DNA of 64,000 nt from Opitutaceae bacterium. Lineage in GTDB: Bacteria > Verrucomicrobiota > Verrucomicrobiia > Opitutales > Coraliomargaritaceae. This document shows, piece after piece, positions 48,917 through 61,560 of this stretch. The notes beneath the pieces are model-generated. The model made no database searches, was not told where the DNA came from, and saw only the letters and a list, made by a program, of their open reading frames with translations. The DNA lies in contig JBPOFY010000001.1 of assembly GCA_051252375.1 (NCBI GenBank), positions 96,001-160,000 of the forward strand, in the 5' to 3' direction. The position numbers and the translations under genes were made by a program. Every line of letters begins with the position of its first letter. Position 1 is the first letter of the stretch.

Positions 48917-50878
48917 ATGCGTCTAAAATTCACAGTCTTTCTTCTCGCCCTAAATATCATCGCATTCGGGCTCATAGCTTTCCTCGGAAAACGAGCAGAA
49001 CGCACCGACCAAACAATGGGAGGTCTCTCTGGTCAAATCGGTCGTGAAGTGATCGAAGCAGATCGTATCGAATTGCGCGGCAAAAAATTGGACGCACCAC
49101 TCGTGATCGTTCGCAACGGTTCCGCATGGAGCATCAGTGAGCCCATGCAATGGTCCGCTAATTATTTCGCAGTCAACCGAATCTTGAATCAGCTTCAATT
49201 CCTTGAAGAGGAAGCCTCATTCTCCGTCGAAGAAATTGAAAAGACCGGAAAGTCCCTCGCCGACTATGGCCTAGATGATCCTTTATTTGAACTGATGATC
49301 GCGGATGGCGAAGACACGATCACGCTCAGCATGGGCACATTGACGGAGATCGGGAATAACATCTACATACTTGGACCCAATCGTGAGGACATTTTTGTCG
49401 TCAGCCGCGAAGTCGTTGGCGGTCTACTAATTGACCTAGCTGATCTGCGAACACGCGAGATTTTCGATATCCCGGTTTTCGAAGTGGAGGCACTCAACCT
49501 TCAAATCAAATCACCTGCTTCCGCCAGTAATGGAGATCTAAAAGTTCGCCTAGCACGCACCAACACTGGGTGGAACTTTGAAGCGCCCCTCAATGCAGAG
49601 GCCAACCCTGAACTGGTTTCCAACACCATCAATACGCTCACAGCAGCCAAGGTCGTCGAATTCAAAGAACTGGGAAACAATGATCCCATCATACAAGGGC
49701 TGGAAAACCCACTCATGCGCGTGACGATTCAAGGCAATAAACGCCGACAAACATTACTCCTAGGAAACCTCGACCCTGACTCACCAAAAGGATCAGCCTA
49801 CTTTGCAAAGCTCGACGACAACCCCACCGTCTTCACCGTCGACTCAAAACCTTTCGATGAATTGCGCGAAGCTCAAGAGGCACTCCGTGAGCGCAACTTC
49901 ATGGTCTTCAAGAAAGAAGACCTGACCTCCATAAACATTGCTGAAAATGGCCGCCAAATACGTCTCCAAAAAATCGAAACCGGCAAATGGCAAGTAATTG
50001 AAAGCAGTGCCGGCAACGACATCCAACCACGTCGTGCCGACCCCGTGATCATGCAAAAACTCATTTCTAATCTCCACGAGATGAGGGCTAGTGGCTTTGC
50101 AATTGATGCCCCAAATGCTGCCGACCTCGAACGCTTGGGCTTCAATCAACCTCGAAGAAATATCACCCTTTCTACCGGGGAAGGCACCGATCAAGCCCTA
50201 CTTCTCGCCCACCCTGAAGTAGAGAATGAAAAATTATACGCACGAAACAACCGCGCCGAATACATCTACGAGGTAGATCGTCGCGCCACATTAAACATGC
50301 TACCACTCAATGCATTACACTATCGCAATCGCAACTTAGACACATTGCCCGAAGCAGCCGTCATCACATCGATTAGCCTCGAAGACCTTCAAGACGGCAC
50401 GCAAATCTTTAAGAACAGTTTGGGCGATGAAACCGCACTATGGAACAATGCGCTCGCAGATCTTACCGAAAAAGAAAGAACTAACATTCTCTTAATTCTA
50501 GAATCGATCCGACAGTTTAATGTAAAATCGTATTTGAAAGACGAATACACGGATGACTCTTATCAGGTCGACAGCGAAACCAAGATCCCTTGGCAGTATC
50601 AAGTCACCGCGACAATCTCACTGCCCGGAGGCGAAACACAACGCACAGATATACGGACTTATCAATTTACTAAGCGACTATCTGGCACAGTTCAAATTGG
50701 TGGCTCCAAGTTGCACAATAGCATTTTCGAAGTCCCGCAATCGCTACTCGACGCGCTGTATGAGCTAACTGATACCATGCAAGTGCCGCCCGAGATAACT
50801 GGAGACGACGTCAAAACTCCTGCCCAAATCAAACCAGTCGAAGAGCCACACCCAACCGCTCAACCCGCAGACGAGTGA
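48917..50878 (+). CDS. DUF4340-domain protein (repeated)
   Basis: N-terminal TM; repeated W....P...A and L..YGL..P/GLENP/GFNQP units; follows the gldG-like gene. Confidence 0.75.
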   Translation: MRLKFTVFLLALNIIAFGLIAFLGKRAERTDQTMGGLSGQIGREVIEADRIELRGKKLDAPLVIVRNGSAWSISEPMQWSANYFAVNRILNQLQFLEEEASFSVEEIEKTGKSLADYGLDDPLFELMIADGEDTITLSMGTLTEIGNNIYILGPNREDIFVVSREVVGGLLIDLADLRTREIFDIPVFEVEALNLQIKSPASASNGDLKVRLARTNTGWNFEAPLNAEANPELVSNTINTLTAAKVVEFKELGNNDPIIQGLENPLMRVTIQGNKRRQTLLLGNLDPDSPKGSAYFAKLDDNPTVFTVDSKPFDELREAQEALRERNFMVFKKEDLTSINIAENGRQIRLQKIETGKWQVIESSAGNDIQPRRADPVIMQKLISNLHEMRASGFAIDAPNAADLERLGFNQPRRNITLSTGEGTDQALLLAHPEVENEKLYARNNRAEYIYEVDRRATLNMLPLNALHYRNRNLDTLPEAAVITSISLEDLQDGTQIFKNSLGDETALWNNALADLTEKERTNILLILESIRQFNVKSYLKDEYTDDSYQVDSETKIPWQYQVTATISLPGGETQRTDIRTYQFTKRLSGTVQIGGSKLHNSIFEVPQSLLDALYELTDTMQVPPEITGDDVKTPAQIKPVEEPHPTAQPADE

Positions 50879-53577
50879 GCACATTTAAGAAAAGGTCGAA
50901 AAGCAGTCTCCTGCTGGAGCTTTTCTTAGACACGTCACTACTACTGCTATTCATCGCGCAGGCGTTCATACTCGGTTGCTTAATTATCTATGGCTACATC
51001 CCGCTACCACGGGAGTGGAGCTCTAAATTGATCGACTCGCATTTGCCTACGGGTGTGCGCTTCGAGGCAGAAACGATTAGGCTGAAATTGAATGGTGACT
51101 TGGAATTTAGTAAAGTTGCCATTTGGACCGGCAACATACGCCAATCAGTCCTCGAATCTGATGGTGTCGTTGCGCACCTCCGCCTAGATGCTGCAAATAA
51201 CTATACTCCGTATATTGAAGGAGTCGTCGTCTCCAACGGCACGCTCTATCTTCCTGCCGTATATTCTCCTGATGGATTACGTCGCCCAATTCTAGAGCGA
51301 GTCGCATTTAGCATGACTCCTACTGATGGCTTTATTCAGATCGATTCCTTTGCCGCACTCCATCAAAACATTCGCTTGCGCGGCGCTATCGAATGGCCGA
51401 TCAGCACGACCTCAAGCAAAACCACTTCACAGACCGACATCGAGCAATTCTATAAATACGCCTCAGAAGCGATTAAACAAAGGGAGCGCTTCAATATTTT
51501 CACTACGCCCACCTTGGCATTCAACTTAACAGCACAGCAAGACGGCACGGTCAAAATCACGACACGCATATCGAGCCGCGAGTTAAAGCACTCGCTAGCA
51601 AACGGGCAAAACTTCATGGTAGATGCGAGTTTCCTGATCAAGGATAGTCAATATTTCGCTGAAAAATCCCTACGAGTTAAAGCCAAACAATTCAATTTTC
51701 CGAAGCATGCGGTCACTGCGCAAAACCTAGATGCAATCATCGCGCCCGAAGACTGGAAGACCCTACTCGAAGGTAAGTTCCCATCCGTAGATGTCTTTGC
51801 CCGTGAACTAAGTATCCACGGAATCAAACTAATCGCACCAGTAATGAAAGTCGACCTGAGCGATTATCCGACCATACAACTAGGAGGTGCCACCAGCGGG
51901 CTGAAAGGCGCAGTCACCTTTAACGCAGAAATCGACACAGCTAAACAACTGGGCAATGTCCAAGCAAAAGGCAGTGTTGATCTTCTAAGCCTAGTTCCAG
52001 AAGACCTCGCGAAGGCACTACCAACACTCTCGTTTTCCGAAGCGCCCTACTATGATCTCTCACTGAATTTCGCAGAGGGGTTTACACTCAATAGCGCTTC
52101 CCTCTCGGCAAAAACAGCAGGGCTTGGTGTCGGCAACATACTATTCGATACGGTCAATGCGCAGGCATCCTTCCGAAATGGAGTTTATAAACTCGAGGAA
52201 GTTTACGTTCGCCGCGATTGGCAATGGGTGGACCTAACCTTCAGCCTCGATAGCAATACTTGGGACTACAAAGTTTCCCTCATCGGATCCGCGATCCCTT
52301 ACGACTACAATGACCTACTCCCCTCCTGGTGGGGCAGTATCTTCGTGGATTTCGATTTCAGTGAAGTTCAAAAGAACCAAGGCGACTTCATTATTTATGG
52401 CAATGCAAAGGAGTCCGCTTGCGAGCTCTACTTCGGTCATGCCTTTGCAGAAAAAGTTCGTTTCATGGATGTCATGGTAGATGATGCGACAGTAGTCGTT
52501 CGCGGTCGAGGGCGCTACTCGGAAGTCACTGATATCGATGCTAAAAGTAATGGCGGTTGGGCAAAAGGAACGATCGGCTTCGTTTCCATGCCAGGTGATC
52601 TTCCCTCACCCGCATCCATCCGTATGGAATTCGATGCGCAGCTACAACTAGACGATGCAAAGAAACTATTCGGCACAGATATCGCAGCCATCCTTGACGA
52701 TTTCGAGATGGGACAAATGCCCCTCTGCTCACTTGACGGCGCAATATTTAACGCCGCATACCCTCGATATAAAGATAGTAGTTATTTCAACTTAACCGCC
52801 GATAGCATGGGGCCGATTCAATTCAAAGGCATCCCACTCGACCACCTAAAATTCGACCTCTACGGACGAAAGCAAAGCACTTACCTGCGTGACGTGAAAT
52901 TCGGCTATGCCGATGGTATCGGTAACAGTATGATCGACATCCTCACTCCAAAAGACAGCCCGGCTCAACTTCGCTACTCGATTCAATTAGAAAATGCCAA
53001 ACAAGCATTAGCCATCCAGCGCTTGCCTCAACTGGCCACATTGAGAACTGACCTTGGGGCGAAGGACAAATCCGCCGCTGAAATACAAGCGCGTGAGGAA
53101 GGTTACATCGACATCCACCTACATGCAAGTGGTCCAGTCGACGATCCATTAAAACATAATGGATACGGTGATTTCACCCTTCGCAACAAGCAACTCGGCG
53201 CAATTCAACTGCTCGGTCCACTTTCGCGATTACTGAAAGATACTCCGCTAAGCTTCACTTCCTTCAACCTCGACACGATGAGCGGTCGCTTCCAGCTAAT
53301 CGAAGAACTCATCCAATTCGAGCAACTTCAAATAGATGGACCGCGCACTCGAATCAACGCGCTCGGCACGATAACACTGCGTGAACAAGCCCTCGACATG
53401 AAAGTCAACGTAGGCCTCTTCACCAACGTCGGCTCACCTGATTCAGCACTAAAAATGGTAGGAGACATACTCAAAAGCCCCCTCCCCAAGCTACTAAGCT
53501 TTCAACTGACGGGCACTTTGAAGGATCAGAAATGGCGCTCCCTCTACGACCCGAGGAACCTCATTCCCCGATTCTAG
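50875..53577 (+). CDS. AsmA-like/YhdP-like large beta-rich protein
   Basis: N-terminal TM, 900 aa beta-rich; C-terminal I.A.GTI.L....LD...FQLTGTLKD pattern; GTG start overlaps the upstream stop. Confidence 0.65.
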   Translation: MSTFKKRSKSSLLLELFLDTSLLLLFIAQAFILGCLIIYGYIPLPREWSSKLIDSHLPTGVRFEAETIRLKLNGDLEFSKVAIWTGNIRQSVLESDGVVAHLRLDAANNYTPYIEGVVVSNGTLYLPAVYSPDGLRRPILERVAFSMTPTDGFIQIDSFAALHQNIRLRGAIEWPISTTSSKTTSQTDIEQFYKYASEAIKQRERFNIFTTPTLAFNLTAQQDGTVKITTRISSRELKHSLANGQNFMVDASFLIKDSQYFAEKSLRVKAKQFNFPKHAVTAQNLDAIIAPEDWKTLLEGKFPSVDVFARELSIHGIKLIAPVMKVDLSDYPTIQLGGATSGLKGAVTFNAEIDTAKQLGNVQAKGSVDLLSLVPEDLAKALPTLSFSEAPYYDLSLNFAEGFTLNSASLSAKTAGLGVGNILFDTVNAQASFRNGVYKLEEVYVRRDWQWVDLTFSLDSNTWDYKVSLIGSAIPYDYNDLLPSWWGSIFVDFDFSEVQKNQGDFIIYGNAKESACELYFGHAFAEKVRFMDVMVDDATVVVRGRGRYSEVTDIDAKSNGGWAKGTIGFVSMPGDLPSPASIRMEFDAQLQLDDAKKLFGTDIAAILDDFEMGQMPLCSLDGAIFNAAYPRYKDSSYFNLTADSMGPIQFKGIPLDHLKFDLYGRKQSTYLRDVKFGYADGIGNSMIDILTPKDSPAQLRYSIQLENAKQALAIQRLPQLATLRTDLGAKDKSAAEIQAREEGYIDIHLHASGPVDDPLKHNGYGDFTLRNKQLGAIQLLGPLSRLLKDTPLSFTSFNLDTMSGRFQLIEELIQFEQLQIDGPRTRINALGTITLREQALDMKVNVGLFTNVGSPDSALKMVGDILKSPLPKLLSFQLTGTLKDQKWRSLYDPRNLIPRF

Positions 53578-53587
53578 GAAGCGAATG

Positions 53588-55318
53588 TTATTCTCGATCG
53601 GCAAACCACTTTGCCACACCGGTTGCGCCTCTGGCATTCAACACGTGCCTCGCAGTTAACCAACCTTTACGCGCGATGTTCACACCAGCCTCAAAATAAC
53701 GTAGACCTGTGGTGTCATGAGCATCGGGATTGATCGCACACATTAAACCACGCTCTGCGGCACGTCGCCATAGGCGCCAATCCATATCCAGACGATGCGG
53801 GTTCGCATTGATCTCAATGATCACCTTGTTCGCAATCGCCGCATCAATGACCTTCTGCAGATCAATTTTGTAAGGCTCACGCCGCAGCAGAATACGCCCC
53901 GTCGGATGCCCCAGCATCATGGTCGCCGGATGCTCGATCGCCCTAATCACACGCGCCGTCATCTCCTCTTCAGACTGACTGAAAGAAGAATGCACCGACA
54001 TCACCGCGTAGTCCAAAGCGTCCAGCGTCACATCTTCCAAATCTAGCGATCCATCTGGCAATATATCGCACTCGATCCCAGAAAACACATGCACTGGCGA
54101 TTCACCGGATTCATTAAACGCGCGAATCTGCTCCACTTGCTTAAGCACCCGTTCGTCGCTAAGCCCGTTGGCTTGAAAACTCGCCTTCGAGTGATCCGCG
54201 AGACCCAGATATTCAAAACCCAAAGACTCTGCCGCGCCCGCCATCTCTTCAATCGAAGCACGTCCATCCGAGGCCGTCGTGTGATTGTGAAAAACGCCAC
54301 GAATATCCTTCGCTTCAATTAGCTGCGGCAATGCCTTCGACTCTGCCGACTCCAGTTCACCTAAGCCTTCACGCAGCACCGGCGGTATTTCATCAAGCTC
54401 TAAGAATGCAAATAAGTCTTTCTCGGTCTTAACACCATGACTTTCACTCTCACCTTCACTTTCACCCTTCAGCCCCCACTCACTCAAACTATAGCCGCGA
54501 GCCAGTGCGCGTTGTCGCATCGCCACATTATGCTCCTTCGATCCAGTAAAGTGATGCAGCGCAAAAGCGAACTGCTCCGCGGGCACCACGCGTAAATCCG
54601 CCTGTAAGCCTCCTTCAAATCGCACGCTTGATTTCGTCGCACCATGCGCCGTCACTTCGGTCACACCCGGCTGCCCGACAAACCAATCCATCACTGACTG
54701 CGGCTCAGACGAAGATACCATAAAATCAAGATCACCCACCGTTTCACGCAAACGCCTCAAACTACCTGCTGCCTCGGCTCGCTCCACTTGCGACAATGCG
54801 CGCAAGCCCTCTAGGATCGGCATAGCTACCTCGCGCGCCGTCCACCAATGATGCCGCTTTGCATACGCCGCCCGATTGGCAATCCCGCTCAATATTTTCT
54901 CCGCAGACTTCGGGCCAAAGCCCTTGATTGCAGCCACCTCGCCCGACTCACACGCAGCCTTCAACGCATCTATACTCTCTACTTTCAATTCGTCATGTAG
55001 CTTCTTCACCTTCTTCCCGCCAAGACCAGGGATCTCTAACATTTCAATCAAGCCCGGAGCAACTGACTCGCGTAGCTTAGTATAATATTCCAACTCACCT
55101 GTGGCATACAAGGTTTCGATCTTTTCCACCAAGGCGGAACCAATACCCTTAATAGAAGCCAACTCACCCGCTTCAATAATCGCGCCCAAGTCTTCCTCCA
55201 TCGTGTCCAGCACACGAGCACCGCCCGAGTAGGCGCGTATCTTAAACGGGTTCTCCCCCTTCAGTTCTAAAAGGACAGCAATGTCCTCAAGTATATCTAC
55301 GATGTCCGCTTTATTCAT
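53588..55318 (-). CDS. polX: DNA polymerase X / PHP 3'-5' exonuclease
   Basis: [10 protein letters not shown], HhH motifs, [43 protein letters not shown]. Confidence 0.95.
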   Translation of the reverse strand: MNKADIVDILEDIAVLLELKGENPFKIRAYSGGARVLDTMEEDLGAIIEAGELASIKGIGSALVEKIETLYATGELEYYTKLRESVAPGLIEMLEIPGLGGKKVKKLHDELKVESIDALKAACESGEVAAIKGFGPKSAEKILSGIANRAAYAKRHHWWTAREVAMPILEGLRALSQVERAEAAGSLRRLRETVGDLDFMVSSSEPQSVMDWFVGQPGVTEVTAHGATKSSVRFEGGLQADLRVVPAEQFAFALHHFTGSKEHNVAMRQRALARGYSLSEWGLKGESEGESESHGVKTEKDLFAFLELDEIPPVLREGLGELESAESKALPQLIEAKDIRGVFHNHTTASDGRASIEEMAGAAESLGFEYLGLADHSKASFQANGLSDERVLKQVEQIRAFNESGESPVHVFSGIECDILPDGSLDLEDVTLDALDYAVMSVHSSFSQSEEEMTARVIRAIEHPATMMLGHPTGRILLRREPYKIDLQKVIDAAIANKVIIEINANPHRLDMDWRLWRRAAERGLMCAINPDAHDTTGLRYFEAGVNIARKGWLTARHVLNARGATGVAKWFADRE

Positions 55319-55323
55319 ATCAC

Positions 55324-56634
55324 TTATCTGCTCTTATTAAAATTATCCTCCACGGCAGTATGGATCATGGACCAATCCAACTTACCTCGCTCATCGACCG
55401 GCAACTTAGGCACCGAAATCAACTGCTTTGGGAATTTGTAATTTGCCAACTGCTCCCGCAAAGAATCCTGCCATTCTGAAACACGTCTACTGCCAGGTCG
55501 ATCCACGTAAAAGGCGACCAACTTCTCTCCCCACTCTGCATCTGGATAACCAATCGCAATGACCTCCTGCAATCCAGCTACCTCACGTATAGCGTCCTCG
55601 ACTTCTCGGGGATCGATTTTTTCGCCGCCACTAATAATCAGACGATCCGCGCGACCTAAAACATGTAATTTACCATCCTCATCAATCCGCGCTTCATCGT
55701 CAGTTAGATAGCCCTCAATCGGATCAATCGCAGCTTGTCCTTGGTAGCCGATAAATAACGCGGGGCTGTGTATGCGAAGACGCCCATCAGGCTCGATCTG
55801 AAAACGCGCCTCTCCAACAGGCACCGCTCCAGCGGATGGACTACCAATAAAATCATCACTCGGCACAGCTGCCACCATGGCGGCTGTCTCCGTCATGCCA
55901 TAAACAGGAATGATCGGTAGTCGCAGTGCTCGCGCCTGCTCGCTTACGGATGCAGGCATCCCCGCACCACCAACAAAGATCGCACGTGCCGTCGCCAACT
56001 TCCTGCAACTCATCTCATCCTGCAATAGGCGCTGTAATTGAGTCGGCACCAGTGAAAGACAATAGCCTTCCATTTTCGTATCATCAAACCGGATACAACC
56101 ATCTGAAACAAAACTACGAATCAGCTGCATCAGACCGCTGACATGAAAAAGCGGCAAGCAACAGCAGCTATTAACCGGGCCACCTCCAAGAAAGTCTGCT
56201 ACTGAGCGAGCAGCGACGTGGAGACTCGACCACGTATGGATCGCCAACTTCACACCCCCTGTGGTGCCACCTGTCGGGATCAGAATCGAGCCCCGGGACA
56301 ACGGATCATACTGCACATCTTGAGGCTCAAAGGAGGGATTCCCGAAAGTCAGCACAGGATTCACAAGGGGTTGAAACGCAGCCCACTCAAATCGGCCCCA
56401 TCTCGGATTTGCCAAGACAACTGGCACGCTTAACGACACCGCCGCAAAAAACGCAGCTGCAAACGCAACAGGATCTTGCTCGCAGATCAACACACCACCC
56501 AACTGCACGCGCTCGCCACCAACCTTGATCTTTGATGCACATCGAGACACTTCTTCGGAGAAGACATCCCCAGCAATGCCCTCGATCCAATCACGCTTAA
56601 GCGCTTCTATATCAAATGGGGCAATTGTTTCCAT
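55324..56634 (-). CDS. menE: O-succinylbenzoate-CoA ligase-like AMP-binding enzyme
   Basis: [39 protein letters not shown]; overlaps menC. Confidence 0.8.
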   Translation of the reverse strand: METIAPFDIEALKRDWIEGIAGDVFSEEVSRCASKIKVGGERVQLGGVLICEQDPVAFAAAFFAAVSLSVPVVLANPRWGRFEWAAFQPLVNPVLTFGNPSFEPQDVQYDPLSRGSILIPTGGTTGGVKLAIHTWSSLHVAARSVADFLGGGPVNSCCCLPLFHVSGLMQLIRSFVSDGCIRFDDTKMEGYCLSLVPTQLQRLLQDEMSCRKLATARAIFVGGAGMPASVSEQARALRLPIIPVYGMTETAAMVAAVPSDDFIGSPSAGAVPVGEARFQIEPDGRLRIHSPALFIGYQGQAAIDPIEGYLTDDEARIDEDGKLHVLGRADRLIISGGEKIDPREVEDAIREVAGLQEVIAIGYPDAEWGEKLVAFYVDRPGSRRVSEWQDSLREQLANYKFPKQLISVPKLPVDERGKLDWSMIHTAVEDNFNKSR

Positions 56635-57575
56635 ACATCTTCGGGCGTGAGATCCAGACCATCGTCAAAAGCATCGCAAGTATCAAACCCAAGCGCGCGA
56701 TTCATCCCAAGCAATTGATCTGCGATCGAAACGGCATTCGTCACACCCACCCCAGTTTCAAATACTGACGATAGCACGATACGGTCGGCCACTGGCTTTA
56801 GTCGTTCGACTAAAGAACCGACATTCCCCATGAGTGCAGGCTTTACCACGAGCGGCCCTTGCCAATTTTCCAGCCAATGCGCGGCTTCGCTCCCATTCAA
56901 TGATTCATCGAGTGCTATTGAGATGCCCGACTCTGCGGCAAGCGCTTGCATGATACTTTCATTCCCTGGGGGCATTGGTTGCTCCAGATACTCAAGCTGT
57001 GTCTTAAAAGGGGACAATGCAGATAGCCAAGTTTTCAGCTCAGAATCAGTCAGCCCGCCGTTCGCATCGAGCCGTAGCCGGCCCGTTGGAGGCAAAAGTG
57101 ACATTAATTGACGCATCAGCTCCAACTCCACCTCGATTGGCTCCACACCGATCTTCCATTTGAATACATTAAACCCGCTGGCTACTTTCGCGCCTATGGC
57201 AGTTATGGCAGATTCCCCAGCAGGCAACAGAGCCGCAATTCCATACTGTATCGGGGCGACCGTCCCTGAATCGGGAACTTGGGTGCAAGTGACCTCAGCC
57301 TGCGCTAAAGCCGCACTGAGACCAAAAGCACAGCATGGCAGCTCAACGGGCACCGCAATTTCGGGGTTTTGAGCATATTTAGCCAAAAATGCGGCGGCGA
57401 CCGACACCGTCTCCGTGCCAAATTCCGCAATTGGAGCGATTTCCCCATAGCCGAAACGACCATTTTTCTCGATTCGGACGATAAAACCCTCCCGAACTGA
57501 CCATATACCATGCGCAGTGCGCAAAGGCTGTCGAAAAGTCCGCCGATACGGCTTTATGGAGATTTGAGGGCTCAT
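56607..57575 (-). CDS. menC: O-succinylbenzoate synthase
   Basis: PLRTAHG.W..REG, GEIAP, FKWKIG, LRLDANG, EQP, ALDES, SSVFET; start placed at ATG 57575. Confidence 0.88.
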   Translation of the reverse strand: MSPQISIKPYRRTFRQPLRTAHGIWSVREGFIVRIEKNGRFGYGEIAPIAEFGTETVSVAAAFLAKYAQNPEIAVPVELPCCAFGLSAALAQAEVTCTQVPDSGTVAPIQYGIAALLPAGESAITAIGAKVASGFNVFKWKIGVEPIEVELELMRQLMSLLPPTGRLRLDANGGLTDSELKTWLSALSPFKTQLEYLEQPMPPGNESIMQALAAESGISIALDESLNGSEAAHWLENWQGPLVVKPALMGNVGSLVERLKPVADRIVLSSVFETGVGVTNAVSIADQLLGMNRALGFDTCDAFDDGLDLTPEDVWKQLPHLI

Positions 57576-57633
57576 TTCACAAACAACTGTCTTTTCAACT
57601 TGAGAAAAGACAATCTTTTGGTGGAGTCTTTCC

Positions 57634-59217
<1,584 letters not shown>

Positions 59218-59219
59218 TT

Positions 59220-59251
59220 TCTCAGCCTTCCAGACTTTCAGCTTTCTAGCT
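59220..59251 (+). repeat. 8-bp periodic tandem array
   Basis: TCTCAGCC TTCCAGAC TTTCAGCT TTCTAGCT (AG every 8 nt) between the guaB stop and purA start. Confidence 0.65.
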
Positions 59252-59261
59252 TTTTCAATAG

Positions 59262-60809
59262 ATGCTCACTCCATTTAGTTCACAACTCATCGCCGACACC
59301 GGTATCTCCACAGGAGACGAAGGCAAAGGCCGCGTCATCCTCGAAATCGTCAACGAACTGCGTGAAATCACCGGGCGTGACGATGCCGTGGCCGCAGTCA
59401 TGAAAGTCAACGGTGGCTCGAACTCCGGACACACCGTCGCCGGTCTCAAGCTGAACCTCCTCCCCGGAGGCGTCGCCGACCCGATGGTGCCCTATTTGCC
59501 AATCGGTTGCGGTGTAGTAGCCGACCCACGCAAGTTCCTCTGGGAAGCTGCTTACGCGGAGCTACACGGGCACACCGTCATCCCCCGTCTCGCGATCGAC
59601 GAACGTTGCTTGATGTCCGACCTTTGCCATCGCTTGCTCGACCTTGCTTGGGAAGACTATCGAGTAAACATTCAGAAAAGCGCCCCGCGCGGATCCACAG
59701 GTCGCGGCATCACCCCCGCCTATCTGGACGAAGTCGGTCAGTTCCAAATTTACTACGCCGATTTCCTCGGCAGCAAAGAAACCTTCGCCGCAAAGATGCA
59801 GGGGCGTATCGACCGTGCACTTCGCGTTATAGAGCACGTCTGCCAAGTCGCACCTGAGCGCTGGCCATCTTTTTTCGAAATCCTCACCGGCGCTGAAACA
59901 CGTGCGAATGCGGAAGTAATCGAAGCAGGTAAATTCGAAACCGCCGAGTTCGACTTCAGCCAATTTGCCGGCGACGCTCCTTTCTCCCTAAAAGCAGACA
60001 AGCTAATCGAAGCCTACTGGTCCGCCGGGCAAGTCTTGGCGAATCAGATTGTAGATGTTCGCGAACTCATCCTTCGTGAACAAGACAAAGGCAACTACAT
60101 CATCGGTGAGTTCGGTCAGGCCTACTGGCTCGACAAGCGGCATGGCTTCCCGCCCAATGTGACTGCCTCGCACACTTTTACACCCGAGTTTTTCCAATCG
60201 GCCGGCATACCAGCACAAGCGATCCACAATGTCGGTTGCTGTAAGGCTTACGACACCAAGGTCGGCACCCACGTATTTATTTCTGAGATCGACCTCGATC
60301 ATCCGCTCAGCACCTTGCTACGCAAGATCGAGTTTGGCGCCACCACCGGTCGCCAGCGCATGGTCGGCTGGTATGATGCCGTCGAAAAAGGTGATGCGCT
60401 CCGCTACGGAGGCTATCAAGACCTCGTGCTCAATAAACTCGACGCCCTCTCCCACTCTGGCGATTGGCAAGGCGAGCTTCAGATCTGCATCGCATACGAA
60501 GATGCTGAAGGCAATGTTGTCTATCACGTCCCCCGCGACGACAACTACCGCCGCACACTCAAACCCGTCTATAAAGTCGTGCCCGGTTGGAGCGAAGACA
60601 TCTCTGGTGTGCGCAGCTTTAACGATCTTCCTGATGCCGCGAAGAACTATGTCGCTTGGATGATGAAAGCCTTAATCGATGTCGCCAATCACGGCGACAC
60701 GAACAAAAACAAAGTGCCCAATCTCCGCTACATCGGCGTCGGGCCCGAACCAAGTCAGATTATCAAAGACGTGCCCGCGGTTGAAGAGCTGCTTAAGCTC
60801 ACACACTAA
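59262..60809 (+). CDS. purA: Adenylosuccinate synthetase (divergent)
   Basis: [52 protein letters not shown]. Confidence 0.92.
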   Translation: MLTPFSSQLIADTGISTGDEGKGRVILEIVNELREITGRDDAVAAVMKVNGGSNSGHTVAGLKLNLLPGGVADPMVPYLPIGCGVVADPRKFLWEAAYAELHGHTVIPRLAIDERCLMSDLCHRLLDLAWEDYRVNIQKSAPRGSTGRGITPAYLDEVGQFQIYYADFLGSKETFAAKMQGRIDRALRVIEHVCQVAPERWPSFFEILTGAETRANAEVIEAGKFETAEFDFSQFAGDAPFSLKADKLIEAYWSAGQVLANQIVDVRELILREQDKGNYIIGEFGQAYWLDKRHGFPPNVTASHTFTPEFFQSAGIPAQAIHNVGCCKAYDTKVGTHVFISEIDLDHPLSTLLRKIEFGATTGRQRMVGWYDAVEKGDALRYGGYQDLVLNKLDALSHSGDWQGELQICIAYEDAEGNVVYHVPRDDNYRRTLKPVYKVVPGWSEDISGVRSFNDLPDAAKNYVAWMMKALIDVANHGDTNKNKVPNLRYIGVGPEPSQIIKDVPAVEELLKLTH

Positions 60810-60813
60810 ACCC

Positions 60814-61134
60814 ATGAACGCAAAAATCGTAGCAGCCTGCGAAGCCTTCTCCATGGGCGACTCCACCCCTGCCCTCGAATACATCGCTGATGGGATCGAG
60901 TGGCACATCGTCGGCGACCGCACCATTGACGGCAATGAAGCAGTCAAAGAAATGTGTGAAGATGCCGCCTCTCAAGGCGCACCCAATTTTCAAAATGGAC
61001 GGGTGATTAAAGGGAAATCGCACATCATCGTCGAAGGCGCTGACCTCGACAACGACATGCACTACTGCGACATCTACGCGATCGACGAGAATCAAATCGT
61101 AGAGATTACGTCCTATTCCCTAGCTAGCTTCTAG
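60814..61134 (+). CDS. SnoaL/NTF2-like small protein
   Basis: AFSMGD...YIADGIEWHIVG...G, YCDIY...I.EITSY; start placed at ATG 60814. Confidence 0.75.
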   Translation: MNAKIVAACEAFSMGDSTPALEYIADGIEWHIVGDRTIDGNEAVKEMCEDAASQGAPNFQNGRVIKGKSHIIVEGADLDNDMHYCDIYAIDENQIVEITSYSLASF

Positions 61135-61138
61135 GTCA

Positions 61139-61558
61139 CTACTCGCCCTGAAAACTCAACACGATTCGTCGTGAGTGCGGTCGTGCTCGGTGCTCCCAGA
61201 GGAAGACTCCTTGCCAAGTGCCTAAACAGAGACGGCCCTCCACAAACGGGATGACTTCCACAGTTCGAGTAAGTGCCATCTTAATATGACTGGGCATATC
61301 ATCCGGTCCTTCATACGTATGGGTGAAGTCCGGATCATTCTCTGGCACGAGGCGCTCAATGAAACGTTCCAAATCACGACGAGCCGAGGGGTCGGCATTT
61401 TCCATGATCACTAGGCTGCAACTTGTATGGCAGCAAAACACTGAAACGGAACCTTCGCGTAACCCAGACTCTCGCAGACCAGAAATAATTTCAGCAGTAA
61501 ATTCTTCCGTCGATTTCCCAGGCGCACTGACTCGTATCTCTTTTGTGAATACAGCCAT
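61139..61558 (-). CDS. YjbQ (UPF0047) family protein
   Basis: HTSCSL..ENADP, H.YEGPDDMPSHIK, LGTWQG.FLWEHR. Confidence 0.92.
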   Translation of the reverse strand: MAVFTKEIRVSAPGKSTEEFTAEIISGLRESGLREGSVSVFCCHTSCSLVIMENADPSARRDLERFIERLVPENDPDFTHTYEGPDDMPSHIKMALTRTVEVIPFVEGRLCLGTWQGVFLWEHRARPHSRRIVLSFQGE

Positions 61559-61560
61559 AC

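Noticed and set aside
59262..60809. PurZ (2-aminoadenine pathway) interpretation of the divergent purA
   Set aside because: The catalytic Asp in GDEGKG is retained (PurZ has Ser), the gene follows guaB, and there is no phage context.
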